This document shows positions 10,735 to 21,312 of a DNA stretch of 64,000 bases, piece by piece. Source of the stretch: Candidatus Oxydemutatoraceae bacterium (GTDB taxonomy: Bacteria; Pseudomonadota; Gammaproteobacteria; Poriferisulfidales; Oxydemutatoraceae). Positions within the stretch are counted from its first letter, which is position 1; every line of letters starts with the position of its first letter. The notes beneath the pieces were generated by a model that worked only from the letters and a program-made list of their open reading frames with translations, was not told where the DNA came from and searched no databases. The position numbers were made by a program, and so were the translations under genes. The stretch lies in NCBI GenBank assembly GCA_965218975.1, contig OZ244717.1:608001-672000 (forward strand), read 5' to 3'.

Positions 10735-11081
10735 GTATGCATGAATGGTTTGAGAGTTACTACAGTTATTGGCTAACCATGCTACTGATGGTGATCGGTT
10801 TGTATATTGTGATTGCGTACGGCAATTTGGCAAAAAAATTGATCGGGTTGAATTTATTTCAAGGATCCGTCTTCGTTTTATTTATATTACTCGGCAAAAT
10901 TGACAACGGCAGCGCGCCGATTCTAACCGAAACAGCCGAAGCGTACGCCAACCCTCTACCGCATGTGTTGATACTGACCGCTATTGTCGTCGCTATTTCA
11001 TCAACTGCTTTGGGTCTGGCATTGATCATCCGCATTCATCGCGCATGGCACACTTTAGAGGAGAAAGACTTAGGTCGTTAA
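10731..11081 (+). CDS. mnhC: Na+/H+ antiporter subunit C
   Basis: NPLPHVLILTAIVV. Confidence 0.92.
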   Translation: MSMHEWFESYYSYWLTMLLMVIGLYIVIAYGNLAKKLIGLNLFQGSVFVLFILLGKIDNGSAPILTETAEAYANPLPHVLILTAIVVAISSTALGLALIIRIHRAWHTLEEKDLGR

Positions 11082-11092
11082 TCGTACTGCCT

Positions 11093-12565
11093 ATGTTTGC
11101 TTATCTTCCGATACTGATCGTTGCTGTGCCGCTGTTTGCCGCACCGCTTTGTATATTGGCTCGTCGCACTGTTCTCGCCTGGATACTGGCGGTCGGTTGT
11201 GCAATCTTTACGCTGACCGCAGCCACGCAGATGCTAGCCGTCAGTTTGGATGGCACGGTTCTAATTCATCACTTAGGCGGCTGGGAGCCTCCGTGGGGAA
11301 TTGCTTATCGGGTTGCCACGAGCAACGCATTCATTGCATTGCTAATCGCATTCGTATTTAGCATCGTTCTGCTCTATGCAAAATGCAGTGTTTTGCAAGA
11401 GTTACGCGGCGGGCGGCCGGATATTTTCTTTGCAATCTGTCTGTTATTGCTAAGCGGATTGATGGGCGTGGTAATATCGCATGATTTATTTAACATTTTC
11501 ATTTTTCTTGAAATCGCCTCGTTATCGGGATATGCCTTAGTTGCATTTAAACCCGGCGGGCGCGCACCGCTTGCAGCATTTCGCTATCTGGTGATCGGCA
11601 CCCTTGGGGCAACATTGTTTTTAATCGGAATCGGCTACATCTACGCTTTGACCGGCACTTTAAATTTAAGCGATATCGCCCAGCGATTAACTGACGTTGC
11701 CGAAACCCGCCCGGCATTGGCGGCATTTGCGTTTATCGGGGTCGGGCTGATGCTGAAAATGGCATTATTTCCACTACACCAATGGTTGCCGGATGTTTAT
11801 ACTCAGGCCCCGGCGACGATATCCGCATTACTTAGTGCTGTTTCGGCAAAGGTTTCGTTGTATTTATTTATGACGTTATTCTTTCAGGTGTTTCAAATTC
11901 ATACTTCCGAAGGAGCCGGGCATTTTGATACCATCCTGTTATCACTTTCGATGGCGGCAATTCTATTCGGCGCAATCGCCGCAATCGGACAAACCAATGT
12001 GAAGCGGATGATGGCATACTCAAGCGTGTCACAAATTGGCTATCTAACTCTGAGCTTAGGGCTTGCTTCGATTGCCGGAATGACCGCATCTTTAATTCAC
12101 ATGTTCAATCATGCTTTCATCAAAGGCGGGTTATTTCTTGCGTTGGGAGGAGTCATTTATCGTTGTGGCAATGCGGACTTGTCCTCGTTTGCCGGGTTAG
12201 GCAAACGAATGCCGTATACTGCGGCGGCAATTGTCGTCGGTGGCCTGAGCCTGATCGGTATTCCTTTGACAAACGGCTTTATTAGCAAATGGTTTTTAAT
12301 CAGCGCACTATGGGAACAAGGCTTTTGGTTTTTTATCGCGCTAGTATTGCTTGGTTCTCTGCTAAGCGTCGTCTATGTTTGGCAGGTAATCGAACAAATG
12401 TACGCCCGCCCGCCCGCTGATAGGGCAAGCGATACAATTGAAGCGCCGTTTATATTGCTCGGCCCCATCTGGGTTTTCGCCGGACTCAATGTGTATCTTG
12501 GAATACATGCGAGCGGCTTGGTGCAAGTTGCTCAAATCTCCGCCCGAATACTGTTGAAGCAATAG
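11093..12565 (+). CDS. mnhD: Na+/H+ antiporter subunit D
   Basis: GGWEPPWGI, FIFLEI, KMALFPLHQWLPD, KRMMAYSS. Confidence 0.9.
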   Translation: MFAYLPILIVAVPLFAAPLCILARRTVLAWILAVGCAIFTLTAATQMLAVSLDGTVLIHHLGGWEPPWGIAYRVATSNAFIALLIAFVFSIVLLYAKCSVLQELRGGRPDIFFAICLLLLSGLMGVVISHDLFNIFIFLEIASLSGYALVAFKPGGRAPLAAFRYLVIGTLGATLFLIGIGYIYALTGTLNLSDIAQRLTDVAETRPALAAFAFIGVGLMLKMALFPLHQWLPDVYTQAPATISALLSAVSAKVSLYLFMTLFFQVFQIHTSEGAGHFDTILLSLSMAAILFGAIAAIGQTNVKRMMAYSSVSQIGYLTLSLGLASIAGMTASLIHMFNHAFIKGGLFLALGGVIYRCGNADLSSFAGLGKRMPYTAAAIVVGGLSLIGIPLTNGFISKWFLISALWEQGFWFFIALVLLGSLLSVVYVWQVIEQMYARPPADRASDTIEAPFILLGPIWVFAGLNVYLGIHASGLVQVAQISARILLKQ

Positions 12566-12572
12566 TATAGCG

Positions 12573-14009
12573 ATGAGCACTCTCCAGAATCTATTATTAT
12601 GGACAATTGCGTTGCCATTTATCGGGGCTTTGTCAATTGCATTTGCCGGACGCCGTCGTGATGTACCGGCGCTGACGATTCCTTTTGCCACACTGATTCT
12701 CCTTCTTTTGCTGGCGTATTCGTTTATGCAGGTATCTACCGAGCAAACAGTCGGTTTTGTACTTGGCGAACTGGCGCCGGGTTTGCCAATCAGCTTTGCG
12801 ATTGAACCCCTCGGCATGATTTTTGCCTGCGTCGTCGGTATTTTGTGGACGGTTAGTATGCTGTATTCGCTTGATTACCTATATGCAAATGGCCTGCAAA
12901 GCAAAACCCGATTTTGTGTTTGTTTTTTTCTCGCCATCGGCAGTACTTTAGGAATCGCATTTGCCGGTGATTTGTTAACACTGCTAATTTTTTACGAACT
13001 GCTGACTTTGGTGACATATCCTTTGGTAACACATAGTGGAAGCGATGCGGCCAAACGTGCCGGGCGGATTTATCTTGCCTTCTTGCTTGGTTCTTCATTT
13101 TTGTTGTTCTTGCCGGGCATTGTCTGGCTCTGGCTAAATTACGGCACTTTAACATTTACTTCCGGGGGGATTGTTGGCGCGCAACCGCCGCATGCGATAT
13201 GGTTATTGATACTTGCTTTTGGCGTTGGCAAAGCGGCATTGATGCCATTTCACCGCTGGTTACCCGAAGCGATGGTCGCACCGGCGCCGGTAAGCGCACT
13301 CCTGCATGCTGTTGCCGTTGTTAAAGCCGGTGTGTTTACAATCGCAAAAATTGTTATTTATATCTTCGGGCCGGATTTTCTAGCGGCAAACGGCGGAAAC
13401 TGGTTAGTTTATATTGCCGGCATTAGTATCTTAATCGCATCGTTGCTCGCACTGCATCAAGACAGCTTAAAGAAACGGCTTGCTTATTCAACCGTCAGTC
13501 AACTGTCCTACATTACGATGGGCGCAGCGCTGCTAAATCCGGCGGTCAGCGGAGCAGTTTTTCATTTGGCAGCGCACGCTTTTGCAAAGATCACGCTGTT
13601 TTTTGTTGCCGGAGCTATTCAAACCGTGACCGGGAAAGAAAAGATCAGCGAGCTTCGCGGCATCGGACAGGCAATGCCGTGGACAATGACATGCTTTACG
13701 ATAGCCGCTGTCTCTTTAATTGGTTTGCCCCCCACCGCCGGCTTTGTCAGCAAATGGTACTTACTTGACGGCGCAATTCATTCGGCACATTATTTTGCCA
13801 TCGGTGTATGGATCGTCAGCACTTTGCTGAACATTGCATATTTCGCACCGATCATTTGTCGCGCATTTACCCCCGACTCACAAATCAACCCCTATGATTC
13901 ACGCGAGGCGCCGTTCGGAATGTTGATTGCAATGCTTCTAACCACATTGGCTGTTTTATTGTTATTCCTTTTCCCCGAATGGGTACTGAATCCGGCGCGG
14001 AAGATTTGA
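12573..14009 (+). CDS. MrpD/NuoL-like antiporter subunit
   Basis: PFHRWLPEAMVAPAPVSALLHA, KKRLAYST. Confidence 0.88.
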   Translation: MSTLQNLLLWTIALPFIGALSIAFAGRRRDVPALTIPFATLILLLLLAYSFMQVSTEQTVGFVLGELAPGLPISFAIEPLGMIFACVVGILWTVSMLYSLDYLYANGLQSKTRFCVCFFLAIGSTLGIAFAGDLLTLLIFYELLTLVTYPLVTHSGSDAAKRAGRIYLAFLLGSSFLLFLPGIVWLWLNYGTLTFTSGGIVGAQPPHAIWLLILAFGVGKAALMPFHRWLPEAMVAPAPVSALLHAVAVVKAGVFTIAKIVIYIFGPDFLAANGGNWLVYIAGISILIASLLALHQDSLKKRLAYSTVSQLSYITMGAALLNPAVSGAVFHLAAHAFAKITLFFVAGAIQTVTGKEKISELRGIGQAMPWTMTCFTIAAVSLIGLPPTAGFVSKWYLLDGAIHSAHYFAIGVWIVSTLLNIAYFAPIICRAFTPDSQINPYDSREAPFGMLIAMLLTTLAVLLLFLFPEWVLNPARKI

Positions 14010-14242
14010 TGCGGAAAATACATTTTGGGGTCTATTTGGCAATAATGCTATTTGCCTCAGTGTTGGCAGAAACCTTGATTGTACGTAAAGAGTATTTTGC
14101 TTCGGACAGCCTTGGCTTTTTTGCTTGGTACGGATTTTTAAGTTCTCTGGGATTAATTGGTGTGACAAAGCTCTTCGCATCATTGATTAAACGCGATGAC
14201 AGCTACTACTTGAATCGGGAACGAGATGCCGATAATGATTGA
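14009..14242 (+). CDS. Small membrane protein of the Mrp cluster
   Basis: Two TM segments, coupled to both neighbours, GFFAWYGF...KRDDSYY. Confidence 0.7.
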   Translation: MRKIHFGVYLAIMLFASVLAETLIVRKEYFASDSLGFFAWYGFLSSLGLIGVTKLFASLIKRDDSYYLNRERDADND

Positions 14243-15914
14243 AACTGCCTTCAATCCCGGATGGCTGCCGATTGCCGTAGCGTTCTTGATCCCAATATTG
14301 AGTAGACCCGCACGTGGTCTAGTGTTGCTGGTTACACCGCTTATAGTCTTAGCACTCGTTTGGTTAACTGTTACCGCACCCTCCGGCAGCGGGTTTCTCA
14401 AGCTAACGCCGCATGCGTCTGTGGCACACGCTTTCGGGCATTTCTTTGCGATCGTTTTCGCCATCGCATTATTTGCCGGAAATCTGTTTGCTTTGAAGCA
14501 AGCAAACACGCTGGAATTAAGCGCTGCGTCTTTTTATGCCGGCAGTGCTATTTATGCTGTGCTATGTAACGACCTTTTGTCATTCGTCATTTTTTGGGAA
14601 TTGATGATGTTGGGGTCGGCCGGGATTATTTTTGCGGCGGGAACCTCAACGGCTCGACAAGCGGGTATTCGTTATTTATTAGTCCACGGTTTATCCGGTG
14701 TGCTGTTGTTGATAGGGGTGCTGGGGGTCATCGGTCACACCGATGATGCGGCTTTGCGCACTTTGTCATTGGAACATTGGTATCACTGGTTGATTTTGTT
14801 TGGCTTATTAATCAATGCAGGCGCACCGCCATTGTCCGCATGGGTGAGCGATGCCTATCCCGAAGCGAGTCCTAGCGGCAGCGTTTACTTATCAGCTTTT
14901 ACAACCAAAACCGCAGTGTTCGGACTGCTGATCTTATTCCCCGGCGAGGCGGTCTTGATTCCTGTCGGATTGTATATGGTTTTCTACGGCATCATTTATG
15001 CGCTAGGTGAAAACGACATGCGGCGGATTCTTTCTTACAGCATCGTTAATCAAGTCGGCTTCATGATAGCCGGCATCGGTATCGGTACGACATTAGCGTT
15101 AAACGGCGCGGCGATGCATGCTTTTACACACATTATTTATAAAGCGCTGTTGATGATGTCTGCCGGTAGTGTTTTGTTGATGACCCAGCAACGAAAGTGC
15201 ACGCAACTCGGCGGACTTTATCACAGTATGCGGCTGACAACCGTTTGCGGCATCATCGGGGCATTGGCAATTTCCGCTTTCCCGCTCACTTCCGGTTTCG
15301 TATCAAAACCTATGATAGGGCAAGCAGCGCTAGATCAACACCTGCTGTGGTTATGGTTGGCGCTGACCGCCGGTTCTGCCGGTGTGTTTCTTCATGCCGG
15401 AATTAAATTCCCATGGTTCGTATTTTTTCAGAAAGATTCCGGGCTGAGACCAAAGGACCCGCCGACTAATATGTGTAGTGCGATGGTTTTATCTGCACTG
15501 CTATGTATATTTCTAGGTGTTTTCCCAACGGTTTTATATAGTATCCAACCCTTAGCAGTTGCATACGTTCCATACACCGCCGAGCACCTAGTTACAAAAT
15601 TTCAATTGCTGCTGTTTGCTGGGACGGCATTCTTTATTTGTTTACCATGGCTAAAACGCGAGCAGGTCATTAGTTTGGATACCGACTGGTTATACCGCAG
15701 AGCTTTGCCGGTCGTCGCGCGGCAGATCAGTTTATGGCTTGTAATCGGTTCAAAAATATTAGATAAACCCGGCTGTCAAATCGTGCAACAGACACTGCAG
15801 CAAATCCGGAAATATCAAACAAGTGATCCGTTACTTGCTCAAAACGCCCAATCTGCCGTCATGGTCATTTGGTTAGCGACGTTACTTGCGCTGGTGCTAT
15901 TTATTTATTACTAA
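14226..15914 (+). CDS. MrpD-like antiporter subunit
   Basis: FWELM, DAYPEAS, SAFTTKTAV, RRILSYS. Confidence 0.88.
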   Translation: MPIMIETAFNPGWLPIAVAFLIPILSRPARGLVLLVTPLIVLALVWLTVTAPSGSGFLKLTPHASVAHAFGHFFAIVFAIALFAGNLFALKQANTLELSAASFYAGSAIYAVLCNDLLSFVIFWELMMLGSAGIIFAAGTSTARQAGIRYLLVHGLSGVLLLIGVLGVIGHTDDAALRTLSLEHWYHWLILFGLLINAGAPPLSAWVSDAYPEASPSGSVYLSAFTTKTAVFGLLILFPGEAVLIPVGLYMVFYGIIYALGENDMRRILSYSIVNQVGFMIAGIGIGTTLALNGAAMHAFTHIIYKALLMMSAGSVLLMTQQRKCTQLGGLYHSMRLTTVCGIIGALAISAFPLTSGFVSKPMIGQAALDQHLLWLWLALTAGSAGVFLHAGIKFPWFVFFQKDSGLRPKDPPTNMCSAMVLSALLCIFLGVFPTVLYSIQPLAVAYVPYTAEHLVTKFQLLLFAGTAFFICLPWLKREQVISLDTDWLYRRALPVVARQISLWLVIGSKILDKPGCQIVQQTLQQIRKYQTSDPLLAQNAQSAVMVIWLATLLALVLFIYY

Positions 15915-16101
15915 GTATGATTGGCTGAGGCTTTTATTTTTTCTTTACTGCCGAAAAAAGCAGCGGGCAAATAAGCGCTCCGCGCATAGGCAAATTTCAG
16001 TTTGAACCTGCAATATCCCGTGAATAGAAGTAATAAATAGTCGATAGGCTCTATTTAGTTTCGTAAATCCACGTTATATGGTGAGAAAAGCGAGTATAAA
16101 T

Positions 16102-16959
16102 TTACCTTCCCGGAAAATTTCCAATGGCGATAGAAGAACGCCAAAGTCCGAATAAAAGGATGCTGATCCAAACAGTGGCGACCCAACCGCCCAAGACATC
16201 GGTACCGAGCCACGCGGATGCCGAATCGCCCGGAGACGTGAGATACTGAAACAGCTTGAGGCTGAACACCATGGCTGCATGTGCGCCGATGCAAAGTGCC
16301 AAACAATTAAAACGCAGCCGCAACATACCGAGGCCGAGACCGACTAAAAACAACAGACAAAGGCGCGGCATCTGCTCAGCCCACTGAGTAGGCATTTCAA
16401 GCACAGCATCAATCAGCAGTACCCATCCTCCGTCCCATTGGCCGTTCAACATCGGCCCGGGCGCGGGGTTGAGGAAATGTATCCCCGCGTAGAACAGAGC
16501 CGAAGCCACCAGCGGCGCCCGGGACCGGGATGTCCGGGACAGTAGCAGACCACGAAAATATAGTTCCTCCACTGCGGCCACAATCATTGCGCTCGTCAGG
16601 TATGTCGCGATTCGGTAGCCTAGTTCGGAATTCCGTTCCCACGGATCAACCATCATGCGCGCATCCAGTATCAGCAAAAAAATCCACCAGGGTGTCAACA
16701 GTGCAACCGTAACCGCAAAGGTCGATAGTGTTTGCACCAGAAAAGATCCGACATTGGTTTGCAGACCGAGGGCACTACGGCTGACCCGCCGGCGTGCCCA
16801 GAATGCGAGGACTATTACAGCGGTCAGTAATGCGCCGTATCTGACGAATTTATGATGCGGAACCGGCGGCAGCCACAACGCGTATATTAAACCCCATAGA
16901 AAGGCCCCGCCTGCCAACGCAACGAGAAAGAGCAAAGAGTAAACCCAAAAATTGCGCAT
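16102..16959 (-). CDS. CPBP (CAAX/Abi) intramembrane glutamic protease
   Basis: EELYFRG, FYAGIH, IGAHA motifs; multiple TMs. Confidence 0.88.
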   Translation of the reverse strand: MRNFWVYSLLFLVALAGGAFLWGLIYALWLPPVPHHKFVRYGALLTAVIVLAFWARRRVSRSALGLQTNVGSFLVQTLSTFAVTVALLTPWWIFLLILDARMMVDPWERNSELGYRIATYLTSAMIVAAVEELYFRGLLLSRTSRSRAPLVASALFYAGIHFLNPAPGPMLNGQWDGGWVLLIDAVLEMPTQWAEQMPRLCLLFLVGLGLGMLRLRFNCLALCIGAHAAMVFSLKLFQYLTSPGDSASAWLGTDVLGGWVATVWISILLFGLWRSSIAIGNFPGR

Positions 16960-17468
16960 GAGCGGCTAACTCACTTTATTCTATCCGGGCATGCAACAGC
17001 GAAAAGCAATAGAGTTGATAGAGCATGCCGGTTTAAATGTCAATGAGATCATCTTGCGCAAGTTTGAGTTTCTTTGCTCGCGCTTAAAGATATTAGAAGG
17101 GCACACTCTTTGTCGACCCGGTAGCTGTTTGTGATGATGCGCCATAGATAAGTTTCTGTTATACGTGCCCGGATACCATACCGGATTTTGGACCTAAGAA
17201 AGTAACATTAATAATCTAGTCTACTCCAAAGACGGCAGACGTCACATTCTATTTGATGCGAGCCGTATGGAAGCAAAAGCCGGAGGTGATGTCTTGGATG
17301 GGAAACCAATCTTGTCAGGCAACACAACATTAAGCGAGCTTAAATTACTTGCGCTAGAAACTGTACGATGCCACCCTAAATGGGATTTTTGAAGGGCTTC
17401 GGGGGAAGCGTTCGGCAGTAACATTCGGATCGGTGCTTTCTGTCCGTTGCCGGCATGAGGACGGTGCA

Positions 17469-18931
17469 GGGTGAGACGCGCCCGGAAAACCAATTGGTTT
17501 TCAGCGGTGAACGACCCGACAAGGATGTCGGGGCTGGGGCTTGTTGACAGAACCCAGTCGCGTCATGGGTGAGACGCGCCCGGAAAACCAATTGGTTTTC
17601 AGCGGTGAACGACCCGACAAGGATGTCGGGGCTGGGGCTTGTTGACAGAACCCAGTCGCGTCATGGATGACAGGCACTTTGCCGACAATCCGGCACAATC
17701 CGCCGAAAATCCACCAACAAACACAAAACGGTTTCATCAGCTCAAAGATTTTATTGCTGCCGAGATTCGGATAAGCTTGGCGCAGGGTGAGACGCGCCCG
17801 GAAAACCGATCGGTTTTCAGCGGCGAACGACCCGACAAGGACGTCGGGGCTGGCGTTCATTAACAGAACCAAGTCTCGTCATGGGTGAGACGCGCCCGGA
17901 AAACCAATTGGTTTTCAGCGGTGAACGACCCGACAAGGATGTCGGGGCTGGGGCTTGTTGACAGAACCCAGTCGCGTCATGGATGACAGGCACTTTGCCG
18001 ACAATCCGGCACAATCCGCCGAAAATCCGCCAACAAACACAAAACGGTTTCATCAGCTCAAAGATTTTATTGCTGCCGAGATTCGGATAAGCCTGGCGCA
18101 GGGTGAGACGCGCCCGGAAAACCAATTGGTTTTCAGCGGTGAACGACCCGACACGGACGTCGGGGCTGGGGCTTGTTGACAGAACCCAGTCGCGTCATGG
18201 GTGAGACGCGCCCGGAAAACCAATTGGTTTTCAGCGGTGAACGACCCGACAAGGACGTCGGGGCTGGGGCTTGTTGACAGAACCCAGTCGCGTCATGGAT
18301 GACAGGCACTTTGCCGACAATCCGGCACAATCCGCCGAAAATCCGGCAACAAACACAAAACGGTTTCATCAGCTCAAAGATTTTATTGCTGCCGAGATTC
18401 GGATAAGCCTGGCGCAGGGTGAGACGCGCCTGGAAAACCGATCGGTTTTCAGCGGCGAACGACCCGACAAGGACGTCGGGGCTGGCGTTCATTAACAGAA
18501 CCAAGTCTCGTCATGGGTGAGACGCGCCCGGAAAACCAATTGGTTTTCAGCGGTGAACGACCCGACAAGGACGTCGGGGCTGGGGCTTGTTGACAGAACC
18601 CAGTCGCGTCATGGGTGAGACGCGCCCGGAAAACCGATCGGTTTTCAGCGGTGAACGACCCGACAAGGACGTCGGGGCTGGGGCTTGTTGACAGAACCCA
18701 GTCGCGTCATGGACGACAGGCACTTTGCTGAAAATCCACCAACAAACACAAAACGGTTTCATCAGCTCAAAGATTTTATTGCTGCCGAGATTCGGATAAG
18801 CCTGGCGCAGGGTGAGACGCGCCTGGAAAACCGATCGGTTTTCAGCGGCGAACGACCCGACACGGACGTCGGGGCTGGCACTCATTAATAGAACCAAGTT
18901 TCGTCATGGACGACAGGCACTTTGCTGACAA
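17469..18931. repeat. Mosaic tandem array of 10 x 98-bp A units and 4 x 120/99-bp B units (REP/BIME-like)
   Basis: A at 17469, 17567, 17785, 17883, 18101, 18199, 18417, 18515, 18613, 18810; B at 17665, 17981, 18297, 18711, partial at 18908; internal palindromes. Confidence 0.9.
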
Positions 18932-19108
18932 CCCGCTGGCGCCTCTTACGCGGCGCTTTGCCGCGATCATGTAAGGCGCTGAGGCCAATGCGGCGATAAC
19001 GCCGACGCCAGCGGTACAAAGTACTGCGACCGATCTTAAATGCGTTCGGGAGTTACAACCCTCCCAAAATAATAGGGCATCATATTTCTGTTGAGCCGTT
19101 GTGTTCAT
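18925..19108 (-). pseudogene. Frameshifted N-terminal remnant of an IS481-like transposase
   Basis: MNTTAQQKYDALLFWE then, in a shifted frame, AFKIGRSTLYRWRRRYRRIGLSALHDRGKAPRKRRQR (HTH); runs into the array. Confidence 0.65.
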
Positions 19109-19142
19109 AATAGCCTCTATTTTTGAAGCAAAATTGGCTCAT

Positions 19143-19247
19143 ATAGAAACCTTTGATGCGGTGGCCGATGTGCTGATATTGCATATCGGTTACCTTTTCG
19201 AGTCGTGCCGTGAGTCCCATATGTATCTGGCACTATACATGATACGC
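19143..19247 (+). repeat. Dispersed repeat, copy 2
   Basis: atagaaaccttt...ccgatgtgctgatattgcatatcgg...gagtcgtgcc...tatgtatctggcactataca; close to the copy at 26890. Confidence 0.75.
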
Positions 19248-19268
19248 TTGTAAAATGGAGGTGTTTTT

Positions 19269-20213
19269 ATGAAAAAAAGCAAATACAGTAACACGTTGAG
19301 CCTGTTTAATGCTATGAAAAAGTTTCCAACAAATGAGCAGGCTACCAAACATTTGGAAATAGTGCGTTGGGGAGGCAAGGCAAAGTGCCTATATTGTTTA
19401 ACGCGCAATAAAATATCAGCGCGTAAAACCATAGGTCGCACGGCTGGACAATATCGTTGTAATTGTTGCCACAAAGAATTTACGGTGCGGACTGGCACTA
19501 TCTTTGAAAAATCTCATTTACCATTGAATAAATGGATGTTTGCTATTTACTTAGTACAAACTGCACGCAAGGGCATATCATCGTTACAATTAAGTAAAGA
19601 ATTAGGCATTACTCAAAAGACAGCGTGGTTTATGCTTCACCGTATCCGCGAGGCGTGTAAAGGTGATTTGACCAAACTAACCGGCATTGTAGAGATAGAC
19701 GAAACCTATATTGGCGGGAAAGAAAAAAACAAACATAAAAACAAGCGATTAAAGGCTGCCCGTGGAGCAGTTGGTAAAACTGCTATAGATGGTATGCGTG
19801 AACGCAAAGGCAAGGTTGAAGCAATGCTGATTGATAACACAGACCAACATACACTACAAACGGCGATTCACCGCAATATCAATGTCGGTAGTCAGTTATA
19901 CACCGATGATCATCGCGGTTATGCTGGATTGGATGGCGTGCTATATCAGCATAAAAGTGTTAAGCATTCCGCTAACGAATATGTAAATGGTATGGCGCAT
20001 ACCAACGGCATAGAAAGTGTGTGGGCGGTGTTAAAGCGCGGCGTTAATGGGACCTATCACAACATTACCACCAAACATTTACAGCGTTATGTTGGTGAAT
20101 TTACGTTTCGGTTGAATGAGGGCAACGTTGAGCGACACACAAAACGACGCATAGACAGTGTGCTTGCGGGGGCGATAGACAAACGATTAACATACAAAAG
20201 GCTAATATCATAA
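19269..20213 (+). CDS. IS1595-family (ISXO2-like) transposase
   Basis: Zn ribbon CLYC..CNCC, TVRTGTIFE, KTAWFMLHRIR, VEIDETY, YTDD, HTNGIES, HLQRYVGEFTFR. Confidence 0.96.
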   Translation: MKKSKYSNTLSLFNAMKKFPTNEQATKHLEIVRWGGKAKCLYCLTRNKISARKTIGRTAGQYRCNCCHKEFTVRTGTIFEKSHLPLNKWMFAIYLVQTARKGISSLQLSKELGITQKTAWFMLHRIREACKGDLTKLTGIVEIDETYIGGKEKNKHKNKRLKAARGAVGKTAIDGMRERKGKVEAMLIDNTDQHTLQTAIHRNINVGSQLYTDDHRGYAGLDGVLYQHKSVKHSANEYVNGMAHTNGIESVWAVLKRGVNGTYHNITTKHLQRYVGEFTFRLNEGNVERHTKRRIDSVLAGAIDKRLTYKRLIS

Positions 20214-20854
20214 TGCCTTCTATTACCGCACAACAGTTTAATACTGCATTGCAGATTATATTGGATGTAAAACCTATTACCCCGATAGGGCGTATCGCTA
20301 ATTATATGAAAGAAACCAAGTATCCCAATGGGTTACATGCAGGTGATGATGGCCGGATACTTGGTATATGGGTTATGGGCAATAACTATAAAGTTAAATC
20401 AGACTATTATGGTGGTTATCCTGCTGGTTATCTGAGGCGCATTAAAGCATTATTCCCTGACAAGCATAATCCCTTGCATTTATTTTCCGGTAAAGTTGAG
20501 TTGGATATTTTGGGGGGGGATACAGTAGATATGGATGAGGAATTAGAGCCAACATTTATTGATGATGCGCAAACATTAGTAAATGTACCGATAGAAGAAT
20601 ACGATTTGATATTGGCTGATCCGCCATACTCGGTTGAAGACGCAGACCATTATAAACCGACAATGGTTAAGCGAAATAAAGTTATGAGTTCATTGGGCAA
20701 ACGGGCAGTAAAAGGAACTCATGTGGTATGGTTAGACCAAGTGTTACCGATGTATCGTAAAGATCAATGGGATATGATTGGACTGATAGGAATGGTTAAA
20801 AGCACTAATCACAGATTTAGAGTTATAAGCATTTTTGAGAAATGCGCAAGTTAG
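20213..20854 (+). CDS. Compact putative DNA adenine methyltransferase
   Basis: LHLFSG (motif I-like) before LILADPPY (motif IV); 213 aa. Confidence 0.7.
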   Translation: MPSITAQQFNTALQIILDVKPITPIGRIANYMKETKYPNGLHAGDDGRILGIWVMGNNYKVKSDYYGGYPAGYLRRIKALFPDKHNPLHLFSGKVELDILGGDTVDMDEELEPTFIDDAQTLVNVPIEEYDLILADPPYSVEDADHYKPTMVKRNKVMSSLGKRAVKGTHVVWLDQVLPMYRKDQWDMIGLIGMVKSTNHRFRVISIFEKCAS

Positions 20855-21312
20855 AGTTAGAGCATAAATACGTGCTTGATTTAACCGATAAAATTCAGTT
20901 GGGGCCGATAAAAAGGCAGGTATTATATGAGCGTTTAACAGACGCACGCATATCTGGTTTGTTAGTTGAGGATTTGGCTGATGCTATCTATAACAACGTT
21001 ACCAAATCACCATCCCCAGCGTCCTCGTATGATCTAATGGATGATGATGGCAATAAGTACGAAAGCAGGATTGTAAATATGAGGGGTGCTTCTTTAATCC
21101 CTGCAAATCAGGTCGGGAGTGGTCGCCGCTATAATCGCGAAAATCATTTAGCGAAATTGGCAAGTTTATACGCATATTTGTTTGTAGATGTAAGAAGTTC
21201 GCCAGTGTTTAGTATAGTGGCATTCCCCGTAGGGATTTTGGGGGAGCGTAAAAGAATAACGACTATCCGGTTTGATGAACTAGTGAAGCCTATTCCAGTT
21301 ACTAATATATGA
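20842..21312 (+). CDS. Putative small PD-(D/E)xK-like nuclease
   Basis: GLLVE...YDLMDDDGNKYESR; overlaps MTase end. Confidence 0.45.
   Translation: MRKLELEHKYVLDLTDKIQLGPIKRQVLYERLTDARISGLLVEDLADAIYNNVTKSPSPASSYDLMDDDGNKYESRIVNMRGASLIPANQVGSGRRYNRENHLAKLASLYAYLFVDVRSSPVFSIVAFPVGILGERKRITTIRFDELVKPIPVTNI

Noticed and set aside
17242-18897. Repeated small ORFs inside the array
   Set aside because: The 98-bp unit breaks frame, ORFs appear on both strands without RBS; by-products of the repeat.
17469-18931. CRISPR array
   Set aside because: Units are 98-120 bp, intervening sequences are themselves repeats rather than unique spacers, and no cas genes are in the window.
19228-19250. Left inverted repeat of the IS1595 element
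   Set aside because: Only about 12 of 21 positions match the right end, the sequence belongs to the dispersed repeat, and no flanking target duplication is seen.
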